Part shown: positions 10,441 through 18,519 of the stretch, piece after piece | Position numbering within the stretch: position 1 is the stretch's first letter | Layout of the letters: the number at the start of each line of letters is the position of its first letter | Assembly: GCA_050253415.1 (NCBI GenBank) | Contig: JBFWJC010000001.1 | Coordinates: 1,128,679 to 1,192,678, forward strand | Length of the DNA: 64,000 nucleotides | Source of the DNA: Pedobacter sp. | GTDB lineage: Bacteria; Desulfobacterota; Desulfuromonadia; Desulfuromonadales; Syntrophotaleaceae | Reading direction: 5' to 3' | Notes under the pieces: model-generated | What the model saw: the letters and a program-made list of their open reading frames with translations, nothing else | Databases searched by the model: none | What the model was told of the DNA's origin: nothing | Translations under genes and position numbers: made by a program

Positions 10441-12105
10441 ATGAAACAACGGTTGGTGCAACATATCGGTAAGGCCCTGCAGGCCTGTTTTGATCAACAA
10501 CAACTGCATTCCGGAGTTATGCCGGAGATAGGCTTGGAAGTGCCGGCGCACACCGAGCATGGCGATTTTTCCACCAATGTGGCCATGGCTATGGCTCGCG
10601 CGGAGAAAAAAGCGCCTCGCAAAATAGCGGAGACGATTGTTGCAGCTTTAGGCGATGGCGATGGCATGTGGGATCGCATCGAAATTGCCGGGCCGGGCTT
10701 TATAAATTTTTATCTTACACCACGCTGTTGGTTCGGTATGCTTGACGAAGTCTATCGCCAAGGCGAACTTTACGGCCGTACCCATACCGGGGCTGGCCGT
10801 AAAGTCCAGGTAGAGTTCGTAAGTGCCAATCCGACAGGGCCTTTGCACATAGGTCATGGCAGAGGGGCTGCTACAGGCGATGCGGTTGCGGCTGTAATGA
10901 CGGCTGCCGGTTATGAGGTACAGCGAGAATATTATATTAATGACGCAGGTAACCAGATGTTGACCTTGGGTCGATCTTTGTTGCTGCGTTATAGGGAACT
11001 TCTCGGGGAGGCAGTCGATTTCCCCACCGATTGTTATCAGGGCGTTTACATTGTCGATCTTGCCCGCGAAGTCCTTGAACAAGAAGGAGAGCGTCTGCGC
11101 GACCTTCCCGAGGAGGAAGCTTTGCGTTTCTTCTCTGAATACGGTGGCGGTAAGATTCGTGACGGTATTGAGGATGACCTTGCGGCCTTCGGGGTGCATT
11201 TTGATAATTGGTACAGCGAACAGAGTCTGTATGATCGCCATGAGGTAGAGCGTGGCATCGCCCTGTTGCAAGAGCGGGGGCTGACTTATGAAAAAGAGGG
11301 GGCCATCTGGTTCCGCACCACGGACTATGGGGACGATAAGGACCGGGTTCTGGTACGCTCCAATGGAGCCACCACCTACTTTGCCTCGGATGTAGCCTAT
11401 CACAAGGAAAAGTTCGATCGCGGATTTGATACTGTTATCGATGTCTGGGGTGCAGATCACCACGGGTATGTGCCACGCATGAAAGCAGTGCTGGCGGGTC
11501 TGGAACGTAACCCTGAAGATTTGCAGATTATTCTTGTGCAATTGGTGAATCTGCTGCGTGATGGACAACAAGTGGCCATGAGTACCCGCTCAGGAGAATT
11601 CGTGACCTTGCGTGAGGTTATTGACGAAGTCGGCCGCGACGCCTGTCGGTTCTTCTTCCTTATGCGTCGCTCGGACAGCCAGTTGGATTTTGACCTTGAA
11701 CTGGCCAAAAAACAAAGTAACGAAAATCCGGTGTTTTATGTCCAGTATGCCCATGCCAGGGTCTGCAGTATCAACCGCAATGCCGAAGAACAGGGGATGG
11801 TCATACCGGGGCAGGGCCAAGTCGATTTCGATTGTCTTACGCTTGAAGACGAGCTGATGCTGACCAAGCTGTTGTCGCGTTATCCCGAGGTCGTCGATGG
11901 GGCGGCCGCAAATTTTGAACCGCACCGAATTGTCTTTTATCTGCAAGAGTTGGCTGCGCGTTTTCATAGTTATTACAACAAAGGGCGTGTAATTATCGAT
12001 GATCCTGAAGTTAGCCAGGCTCGGCTTTATCTGATTAATTGCGTCCGTACCGTTTTGCACAACGCTCTGGTGTTGCTGGGAGTTTCGGCGCCGGATCGAA
12101 TGTAA
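10441..12105 (+). CDS. argS: Arginine--tRNA ligase
   Basis: HGDFSTN, AGPGFINF, SANPTGPLHIGH, WGADH, MSTRSG, YVQYAHAR, C-terminal APDRM. Confidence 0.98.
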   Translation: MKQRLVQHIGKALQACFDQQQLHSGVMPEIGLEVPAHTEHGDFSTNVAMAMARAEKKAPRKIAETIVAALGDGDGMWDRIEIAGPGFINFYLTPRCWFGMLDEVYRQGELYGRTHTGAGRKVQVEFVSANPTGPLHIGHGRGAATGDAVAAVMTAAGYEVQREYYINDAGNQMLTLGRSLLLRYRELLGEAVDFPTDCYQGVYIVDLAREVLEQEGERLRDLPEEEALRFFSEYGGGKIRDGIEDDLAAFGVHFDNWYSEQSLYDRHEVERGIALLQERGLTYEKEGAIWFRTTDYGDDKDRVLVRSNGATTYFASDVAYHKEKFDRGFDTVIDVWGADHHGYVPRMKAVLAGLERNPEDLQIILVQLVNLLRDGQQVAMSTRSGEFVTLREVIDEVGRDACRFFFLMRRSDSQLDFDLELAKKQSNENPVFYVQYAHARVCSINRNAEEQGMVIPGQGQVDFDCLTLEDELMLTKLLSRYPEVVDGAAANFEPHRIVFYLQELAARFHSYYNKGRVIIDDPEVSQARLYLINCVRTVLHNALVLLGVSAPDRM

Positions 12106-12120
12106 ACAGGAGGAAATACT

Positions 12121-12840
12121 ATGAGTCGTCAGGTTGCATCCCGATCTCAAAGACGCCTTGAAAAAAAACAGGCGCTGGTGTTAGTTGTTCTGGGGCTGGT
12201 CATTGCCTTGGTCAGCTATGGCCTCGGCGTTGTCGTTGGTCGAAGTGGTGGTGAGGCTATCGTTCATGAAGATCTCGCCGCTACCGAGCGGATTGCCATA
12301 CCGTCCACCGATGTCAATTCTGCAAACGAAGCGTTGCAACCTGCTGAAGAGGCGGCCGATCCTCAGTTGACTTTTTATGATACTCTGCCCGAAGGCAAAC
12401 AGCCCCCGATGGGGAGCGGCATAAATATGCCTGCTCAATCCGCGGAGCCGCCAGCGACTCCGGTGGATGTGCTGAGCGACAGCACGCCGGCAGTGGAAGT
12501 GGTCGCATCTAAGCCAGCGCCTGTTGTGGTCAAGCCTAAACCCCAGCCAACTGTCAGCGTGGCCCCTCAGCCCAAAGCTGTTCCATCAAGTGCGGTTGTC
12601 GATGGCAGCTATATTATTCAGGTTGCCTCCGTACAAAAGATAGACGGTGCTCAGGACCTGAGTGGTCGTTTGTCCAAAAGCGGTTATCCTGCCTTTGTTG
12701 AAAAAACTGATCTCGGTAGTAAAGGGGTTTGGTACCGGGTGTATGTTGGGCCCTTTGCCTCAAAGAACGCAGCCGATGGTGCGGCCTCTACCTTGAAAGC
12801 TTCGCGATTGGCATCTTCTCCCTTGGTTAGGAAACGTTAG
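12121..12840 (+). CDS. SPOR-domain membrane protein (FtsN-like)
   Basis: N-terminal TM, LTFYDTL, Pro-rich linker, SPOR (IQVAS..WYRVYVGPF); argS-SPOR synteny. Confidence 0.85.
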   Translation: MSRQVASRSQRRLEKKQALVLVVLGLVIALVSYGLGVVVGRSGGEAIVHEDLAATERIAIPSTDVNSANEALQPAEEAADPQLTFYDTLPEGKQPPMGSGINMPAQSAEPPATPVDVLSDSTPAVEVVASKPAPVVVKPKPQPTVSVAPQPKAVPSSAVVDGSYIIQVASVQKIDGAQDLSGRLSKSGYPAFVEKTDLGSKGVWYRVYVGPFASKNAADGAASTLKASRLASSPLVRKR

Positions 12841-12851
12841 TAAAACAAACG

Positions 12852-12880
12852 TTGACATTCCGATTGCAAGAGCGTATATT
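12852..12880 (+). promoter_or_regulatory. Sigma70 promoter of tRNA-Met
   Basis: TTGACA-N17-TATATT, 11 nt upstream of the tRNA. Confidence 0.85.
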
Positions 12881-12891
12881 TCACTTCTTGA

Positions 12892-12968
<77 letters not shown>

Positions 12969-12976
12969 TAAAAAAT

Positions 12977-13013
12977 AAAGGGACTTGCAGAAATGCAGGT
13001 CCCTTTTTCTTTT
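12977..13013 (+). terminator. Intrinsic terminator after the tRNA
   Basis: AAAGGGACTTGCA-GAAA-TGCAGGTCCCTTT plus T tract. Confidence 0.85.
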
Positions 13014-13112
13014 ATGCATCCTGGATGCTCCTCTGCGCCTACGGTTCTCGTATAGGCCTTTTTCCTAATCTTTCACGGTCGGTCTGACGTTGCCGGTTTT
13101 CTTTCGGAACAT

Positions 13113-14134
13113 CCCCACCCTGCCGGCCAGCAAACCATGAACGTTATACAGCTCGACCGTGTGAAGTTGCCCGGGCTTCAGCACAAGTACCGGGAAACGG
13201 TTCTGTTTTTCCCCGTATGGGGCAGACCTGCCATTCCTATTGCACCTTCTGTTTCCGCTGGCCGCAGTTCGTGTCCGAACGGGATTTGCGTATAGCGGCC
13301 CCCAGGGCTCCGGGGTTGTACGCCTATCTGCAAAGGCATACCGAGGTTACCGACCTTCTTGTGACCGGGGGCGATCCCCTGGTCATGAAGGCTCAAAATC
13401 TCGCAGAGATTCTTGAGCCGTTGCTCGGTTCCGAATTTAACCATCTCCAGACGATCCGTATCGGCAGCAAGGCTCTGGCTTTCTGGCCCTATCGGTTTTT
13501 GACGGACCGGGATGCCGATGATCTGTTGCGGTTATTTGAGCGGTTAGTGGCCAGGGGAAAACACCTGGCCCTGATGGCCCATTTCAACCACTGGCGCGAA
13601 ATGGAGACCGATGCGGCCCGCAGGGCCATCGAGCGGGTGCAGGCTACCGGTGCGATTATCCGTACGCAATCTCCTCTGGTAGCCCATGTCAATGACGATC
13701 CACAGGTCTGGGCGCGCATGTGGCAGATGCAGGTCAGGCTCAGTATGGTGCCATATTATCAGTTCGTGGCGCAAAATACCGGCGCGCGGTATTATTTTGC
13801 GCTGCCGCTGGAGCGGTGCTGGCATATTTATCGCGAGGCGCTTTCGGCCCTGTCCGGATTGGCGCGCACGGTAAGGGGGCCTTCTATGAGCGCCGGACCG
13901 GGCAAAGTCGAGATTCAGGGGGTTGCCGAAATCGGTGGAGAAAAGGTTTTTGTTTTGCGTTTTATTCAGGGGCGCAACCCCGATTGGGTGCAGAGGCCGT
14001 TTTTTGCGCGGTACGATCCCAAAGCTATCTGGTTGGACGGGCTGCGTCCGGCCTTTGGAGCGGAAAAGTTTTTCTTCAGCGAAGAATATGAAGCCATGCA
14101 GCGCAAGGCGGGAATAACCGTTGATCAAACCTGA
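13113..14134 (+). pseudogene. KamA/lysine-2,3-aminomutase-like radical SAM, 5'-truncated and frameshifted
   Basis: PHPAGQ...GLQHKYRETVLFFP is in one frame (13113-13214) and GQTCHSYCTFCFRW...TGGDP in another (ORF 13217-14134); shift at TGGGGC near 13218; in-frame TAG at 13053. Confidence 0.8.
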
Positions 14135-14139
14135 TAGCC

Positions 14140-14160
14140 CCCCGGGCGCATGGCCCGGGG
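14140..14160. terminator. GC-rich hairpin between convergent genes
   Basis: CCCCGGGC-GCATG-GCCCGGGG; no T tract. Confidence 0.4.
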
Positions 14161-14174
14161 AGGAGAGGGGGAAA

Positions 14175-15032
14175 TTATTTGGTAGCAGGATTCATGAGAG
14201 CCGCGACGATCCGGCGGTAGGTTTCGCCGGTTTCAGTTTCGGCTCGTGTGGCCATGTACGGTTTGCCACTGTCGCCGGCCAATACCATGGCTGTGTCCAT
14301 GGGAATTTTGCCTAAAAAGGGTGCCTTCATCCGTTGTGCGATCTGTTCGCCACCCCCCGATTTGAAAATATCGATGACTTCGCCACATTTGGGGCATGCA
14401 AAGCCGCTCATATTTTCGATGATTCCCAGTACGGGCATTTCCAGGCGTCGACAGAAGGTTACCGATTTCTGCACATCCAGCAGCGCGACTTCCTGCGGAG
14501 TTGTAACGATGACGGCTCCGCTGTTTTGGTCGTCCCCCAGCAGGGTTTGAACAGCGGTCATCGGTTCATCTCCGGTTCCCGGAGGACAGTCGACGATAAG
14601 AAAATCGAGCTCGTCCCACTGCACATCCCGTAAGAATTGTTGGATGAGGGCTGTTTTGGCCGGGCCCCGCCAGATAAGAGCTTCATCCTCGTCACCCAGG
14701 AGAAACCCAACCGAAATAACCTTCAGATTGCTCAGATATTCAACCGGCAGCAGACCATCGGCACCGTTTTGTAGCTGTTGGTTGCCGAGTCCCAGCATTT
14801 TGGGGACGCTGGGGCCATGCAGATCGATATCGAGCAGACCTACGGCATAGCCATCCTGTGCCAATGTCAGCGCGAGGTTTACGGCGGTGGAGCTTTTACC
14901 GACGCCGCCCTTGCCGGACATGACCAGGATTTTGCGTTTGATGCGCCCGAGGCGTCGCTTCATTCTTGCCTGTAGCTCGCATGGTGACGGTTGACCGGAT
15001 GAACATTGGCCGGTCGGGGCAGGTGTATCCAT
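14175..15032 (-). CDS. Mrp/NBP35 (ApbC) Fe-S cluster carrier ATPase
   Basis: SGKGGVGKS, DIDLHGPS, WRGP, DCPPGTGD, IENMSGFACPKC. Confidence 0.95.
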   Translation of the reverse strand: MDTPAPTGQCSSGQPSPCELQARMKRRLGRIKRKILVMSGKGGVGKSSTAVNLALTLAQDGYAVGLLDIDLHGPSVPKMLGLGNQQLQNGADGLLPVEYLSNLKVISVGFLLGDEDEALIWRGPAKTALIQQFLRDVQWDELDFLIVDCPPGTGDEPMTAVQTLLGDDQNSGAVIVTTPQEVALLDVQKSVTFCRRLEMPVLGIIENMSGFACPKCGEVIDIFKSGGGEQIAQRMKAPFLGKIPMDTAMVLAGDSGKPYMATRAETETGETYRRIVAALMNPATK

Positions 15033-15121
15033 GATGATGCGTCTCCTTTGTTACGAAATCAATTTTGCTATTCCGAGGCAATGATCTGGTATGTCCGGGA
15101 CCTCGTGGCCCGGAGGAACGG

Positions 15122-15460
15122 TTAATGGTCGCAGCAGTTTTCGCCGACGACGAGAGCGTTTTGCAGATAGTCCGAAGCAAGCTTGTCAGGTGTTTCGGAT
15201 ACCGCGCCCACCACCACCTTGATGCCATTTTCCGTAAAAAGCTCCTGAGCGCGACGACCCATGCCTCCAGCGATAATGATATTTGCGCCGAGTTCGCTCA
15301 GCCAGCGAGGAAGTACCCCAGGTTCATGGGGGGGAGGCTGATGCATGGTTTTGGCGATGATGTTTTTCGAGTCACTGGCAATTTCCAGAAGAGCAAACTC
15401 TTCACAATGTCCAAAATGCTGACTGAGTTGTCCTTGTACCAATGGAATGGCGATTTTCAT
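15122..15460 (-). CDS. NifB/NifX-family (FeMo-co-binding-like) protein
   Basis: MKIAIP..LSQHFGHC, PPHEPG, IAGGMG, C-terminal NCCDH; AAGGAG RBS. Confidence 0.9.
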   Translation of the reverse strand: MKIAIPLVQGQLSQHFGHCEEFALLEIASDSKNIIAKTMHQPPPHEPGVLPRWLSELGANIIIAGGMGRRAQELFTENGIKVVVGAVSETPDKLASDYLQNALVVGENCCDH

Positions 15461-15551
15461 GGATAGATCTCCTTTTTGAGCACCGGCACTTATAGCCGCG
15501 TGCCCTATTGATTATGGAACGGTTCCGTGGGCTGGAGGCCCTTGGCGGTCG

Positions 15552-15873
15552 GTCTAGCTCGACTAGCGTTTTTCGACGAACTTCCGTTTCGCTAAAATCT
15601 CGGTCGTAACGGATGCTGGCAAAGACCGGTAATTGCAGTTTTGTTGCAAATTTATTTATGGCCTCTTACATGTCGGGATTGCTCTTAGTTTTATTGAATG
15701 CGATGACTGTGGAAATATTGAAGTGTCGGGTCGGCCACGCGTTTTAAATCGTGGTATCCACTCATGGTTGGTTCTGTCACCAGTATTGTCAGGGTCGTTC
15801 CAGTGATGGACGCGATGACGGGGCAGTCTCTGTCGGTCGATTCGTCTATGATGATCGTGACAAGTCGCTCTTT
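15552..15873 (-). pseudogene. Remnant of MinD-superfamily P-loop ATPase with ferredoxin insert (COG1149-type), C-terminal part
   Basis: Manual translation gives IIIDESTDRDCPVIASITGTTLTILVTEPTMSGYHDLKRVAD, a frameshift near 15725, then HFNISTVIAFNKTKSNPDM*EAINKFATKLQLPVFASIRYDRDFSETEVRRKTLVE; absent from ORF track. Confidence 0.8.
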
Positions 15874-15885
15874 AGTAGAAAGCGA

Positions 15886-16245
15886 TTAGACGCCACCGGT
15901 GGCATCCGTTGAACATGCTTCTTTTAGGCGGCCTGCCTTGAAATCATGCAGTGCTTCGATGGCGGTTCCTTTGGCTCCGTGAAAAATGCGAATTTTAGCG
16001 GCTTGCAGCGAGGTAAATGCTTTAGGTCCGATGGAGCCCGTTACAACCGCTTCAACTTTGCCGTCTACGACCTTTTGCGCGGTTTGGATGCCGGCACCAT
16101 AGGATGCATCACGGCCGCTGATATTGTTGATGCATTCCCATGTGTTGGTGCAGTCGTTATGAATTAGCAGCCAGTCTGCTCGTCCGAAGCGTGGATCAAG
16201 GATGCTCTCAGGATTGTTATTTTGAGCTGTAAAGGCAATTTTCAT
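15886..16245 (-). CDS. NifB/NifX-family (FeMo-co-binding-like) protein
   Basis: MKIAFTA..LDPRFGRA, GAGIQTAQ, TGSIGPKA; AAGGAGG RBS before ATG 16245. Confidence 0.9.
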   Translation of the reverse strand: MKIAFTAQNNNPESILDPRFGRADWLLIHNDCTNTWECINNISGRDASYGAGIQTAQKVVDGKVEAVVTGSIGPKAFTSLQAAKIRIFHGAKGTAIEALHDFKAGRLKEACSTDATGGV

Positions 16246-16691
16246 CGGGTTTTCCTCCTTGTGCATATTGCGTAAGGGGTTGAAATTTCGCCTAATGGTT
16301 GCTTTACTCGGCAACAGGTTAGTGAACTTGAGTTGTCGCCATGAACCTGATTAGCTGAGGTAGAGGATAGCCATTGATTCAAAACTGAAATGATTTCACC
16401 CCGGTATCCCCAGGTTACCCAGAGGCCCTGTGCTTCAAGCGCAATTTGAAACCGAGGATGGATGCCTCCACATAGCACTCCGTCTACATTTTTTAGGCGA
16501 AGCCAGGCAGGCAGGTCGGGATGTTTGTCCGGGGACCATGCATGATCGGTATATTCTGAAATTTGCTTTTCAGGGACCAGGATGTCAGCGAAGACAAAAT
16601 TTCGTGAACATCCGAAGCGTGGCATGACTCTGTTCTCATAACAGGGCAAGGCTAGGCGGATTATCGCTTCTTTTGGAGGATGACGGTCCAT
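16242..16691 (-). CDS. NifB/NifX-like protein
   Basis: LALP...RVMPRFG, VDGVLCGGI; ATGA overlap with next gene; start uncertain. Confidence 0.75.
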   Translation of the reverse strand: MDRHPPKEAIIRLALPCYENRVMPRFGCSRNFVFADILVPEKQISEYTDHAWSPDKHPDLPAWLRLKNVDGVLCGGIHPRFQIALEAQGLWVTWGYRGEIISVLNQWLSSTSANQVHGDNSSSLTCCRVKQPLGEISTPYAICTRRKTR

Positions 16692-16704
16692 GGCATGAGT
16701 TAAT

Positions 16705-16720
16705 TACACGGATCGTGCCA
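16705..16720 (-). promoter_or_regulatory. Candidate sigma54 promoter (variant -12) for the NifX/Mrp operon
   Basis: TGGCAC-GATCC-GTGTA (GT instead of GC at -12); adjacent to a sigma54 activator gene. Confidence 0.5.
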
Positions 16721-16815
16721 CTTTTTGTTTAAGTTTTATGGATGTTGAAAAGTCAATGAAAACAATAGCCTATGAATGTAATCCGAAGATCTTGATGGTG
16801 GGAAAAGTTATGGCA

Positions 16816-16912
16816 TGTTGCATGATGCAACGCTATATGATTGAAGAGATTGAAAAAACAATAGGTTGGGAGTGTTGCAGTGTTGTTGCAGGCGTTGCGG
16901 GGAGATGCAACA
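16816..16912. promoter_or_regulatory. Clustered TGTTGCA/TGCAACA boxes, candidate enhancer (UAS)
   Basis: Palindrome TGTTGCA-TGA-TGCAACG at 16816-16832; half sites at 16873, 16884, 16893 and 16906. Confidence 0.5.
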
Positions 16913-16913
16913 T

Positions 16914-18242
16914 TCAATGTTTGGCCATGGATCGATTGAGCCAGCGCCAGAGAGTGGTGCGGTTGATCCCGAGCTGTTGAGCAGCTGCGGTGTGATTGCC
17001 GTTGCAGCGTGCCAGGATTTCGCGTAGTTGTTGCTCGGATGGCACCTGATGGCGTTTTTGCTCATGCCTCGGCGTTGTGACCGGGCGCAAGTTGCCGGGC
17101 AGGTGGGCTGGGTCAATCGTGTCGGTACGGCAGAGGATGACGGCGCGCTCAACCAGATTGAGTAATTCGCGCACATTGCCGGGATAAGTGTGGTCAAGTA
17201 ACAAGACCATAGCTTCTGGCGTGAATCCTCGGAGGTTTTTTCCGTAGATTGCGTTGAAGCGGTCCAGCGCCAGGTCGAGCAGCAGTGGAATGTCCTCGGG
17301 GCGTTCCCGCAGGGATGGGATGCGCAGCGGAACTACATTGAGACGAAAATACAGGTCCTGGCGAAAAAGTTTCTGCTCTACCATTAATTCAAGGTTTTGA
17401 TGGGTAGCGGCCACAAAGCGCACATTGGCTTTACGTGGTTTGCTGGCCCCCAAGGGTTGGTATTCGCGGTTTTCCAGTACGCGCAAGAGCTTAACCTGTA
17501 AGGGGAGCGGTAAATCGCCAATTTCATCGAGAAAAAGGGTGCCTCCTTCAGCCTGTTGCAGGCGCCCGGGACGATCCTCTGTCGCCCCGGTATAAGCACC
17601 TTTACGGGCTCCGAAAATCTCCGCTTCCAACAACTGCTCCGGCAGCGCGCCACAGTTGAGTATCACAAGCGGGTTTTGGCTGCGGGGGCTGAGGTTGTGC
17701 AGGGCCAAGGCAAAGAGTTCCTTGCCCGTGCCACTGTCGCCATGCAAGAGGACAGTGGCCTGGCTTGCCGCAATATCCGGCAACACGTCAAATAATTTGC
17801 GCATGGCAGGGTTGCGGCTGACCATGTCCTGAAAGCGGTGCTTCTCCGTTACTTCCCGTTGCAGGGCATGAATGCGACTCAGGTCGCGGAATGTTTCCAC
17901 GCCACCCACCGGTTCACCTTTGTTGTTTCGCAGTACGGAGGCGGAAACAGAAATGGGGATTTCCCGGTTATGCCGATCGAGAATGTCAATCTCACGGTTT
18001 TCGACATTGTTACCGCTGTCCATCGCTTTTTGCACCGGGCATTCGGTAAAGCAGATGGAGCTGCGAAAAATCTCGCAACAGCGCTGGCCGAGTGCCTCTT
18101 CACGAGAGAAGCCGGTGATGCGCTCGGCCGACTGGTTGAACCAGGTAATGCGCATGTCGCCATCTACGGTGAATACTCCGTCAGCTACGCTATCAAGAAT
18201 GGTGGATAGGTGTTCTTGTAGATCGCAAGGATGTGTTTTCAT
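16914..18242 (-). CDS. PAS-domain sigma54-dependent transcriptional activator
   Basis: N-terminal PAS, GDSGTGKE, GAYTGA (GAFTGA variant), LFLDEIGD, PGNVREL, Fis-type HTH. Confidence 0.95.
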   Translation of the reverse strand: MKTHPCDLQEHLSTILDSVADGVFTVDGDMRITWFNQSAERITGFSREEALGQRCCEIFRSSICFTECPVQKAMDSGNNVENREIDILDRHNREIPISVSASVLRNNKGEPVGGVETFRDLSRIHALQREVTEKHRFQDMVSRNPAMRKLFDVLPDIAASQATVLLHGDSGTGKELFALALHNLSPRSQNPLVILNCGALPEQLLEAEIFGARKGAYTGATEDRPGRLQQAEGGTLFLDEIGDLPLPLQVKLLRVLENREYQPLGASKPRKANVRFVAATHQNLELMVEQKLFRQDLYFRLNVVPLRIPSLRERPEDIPLLLDLALDRFNAIYGKNLRGFTPEAMVLLLDHTYPGNVRELLNLVERAVILCRTDTIDPAHLPGNLRPVTTPRHEQKRHQVPSEQQLREILARCNGNHTAAAQQLGINRTTLWRWLNRSMAKH

Positions 18243-18277
18243 ATCCGCCTAGCTTAGCGGGTTTTTGACCATGAGTC

Positions 18278-18442
18278 CAGAAGGCTGTCGGACGAGCCAT
18301 GAACCGGCTACAAGTTCGGTTGAATGCCCATGCTTCAACTCCTTTTCGGCCATAACTGCAACTTCGAACCTTGAGGCGAGGTACAATTTATCCTAAGCAT
18401 TCCGGCTTTATGCTTCGCCCCGCATTGTCCGACAGATTCCTG
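18278..18442. mobile_element. MITE-like element, ~165 bp, degenerate
   Basis: Terminal inverted repeats CAGAAGGCTGTCGGAC / GTCCGACAGATTCCTG (13/16 complementary, 9-bp perfect core); non-coding. Confidence 0.55.
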
Positions 18443-18468
18443 ATATGGCTAGTGGGCACAATACAACG

Positions 18469-18499
18469 AAAAAAGGCCCGTACGGGTAGTACGGGCCTT
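18469..18499 (-). terminator. Intrinsic terminator after nfnB
   Basis: AAGGCCCGTAC-N5-GTACGGGCCTT, T tract on minus strand. Confidence 0.85.
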
Positions 18500-18519
18500 G
18501 GTTATGCTCAAGGTAAAAC

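Noticed and set aside
10648..11571. 307-aa antisense ORF
   Set aside because: Shadow of argS on the opposite strand; no recognisable motifs.
15122..16691. Nitrogen-fixation (nif) cluster
   Set aside because: Only NifX-like domains are present; no nifHDKEN in the window.
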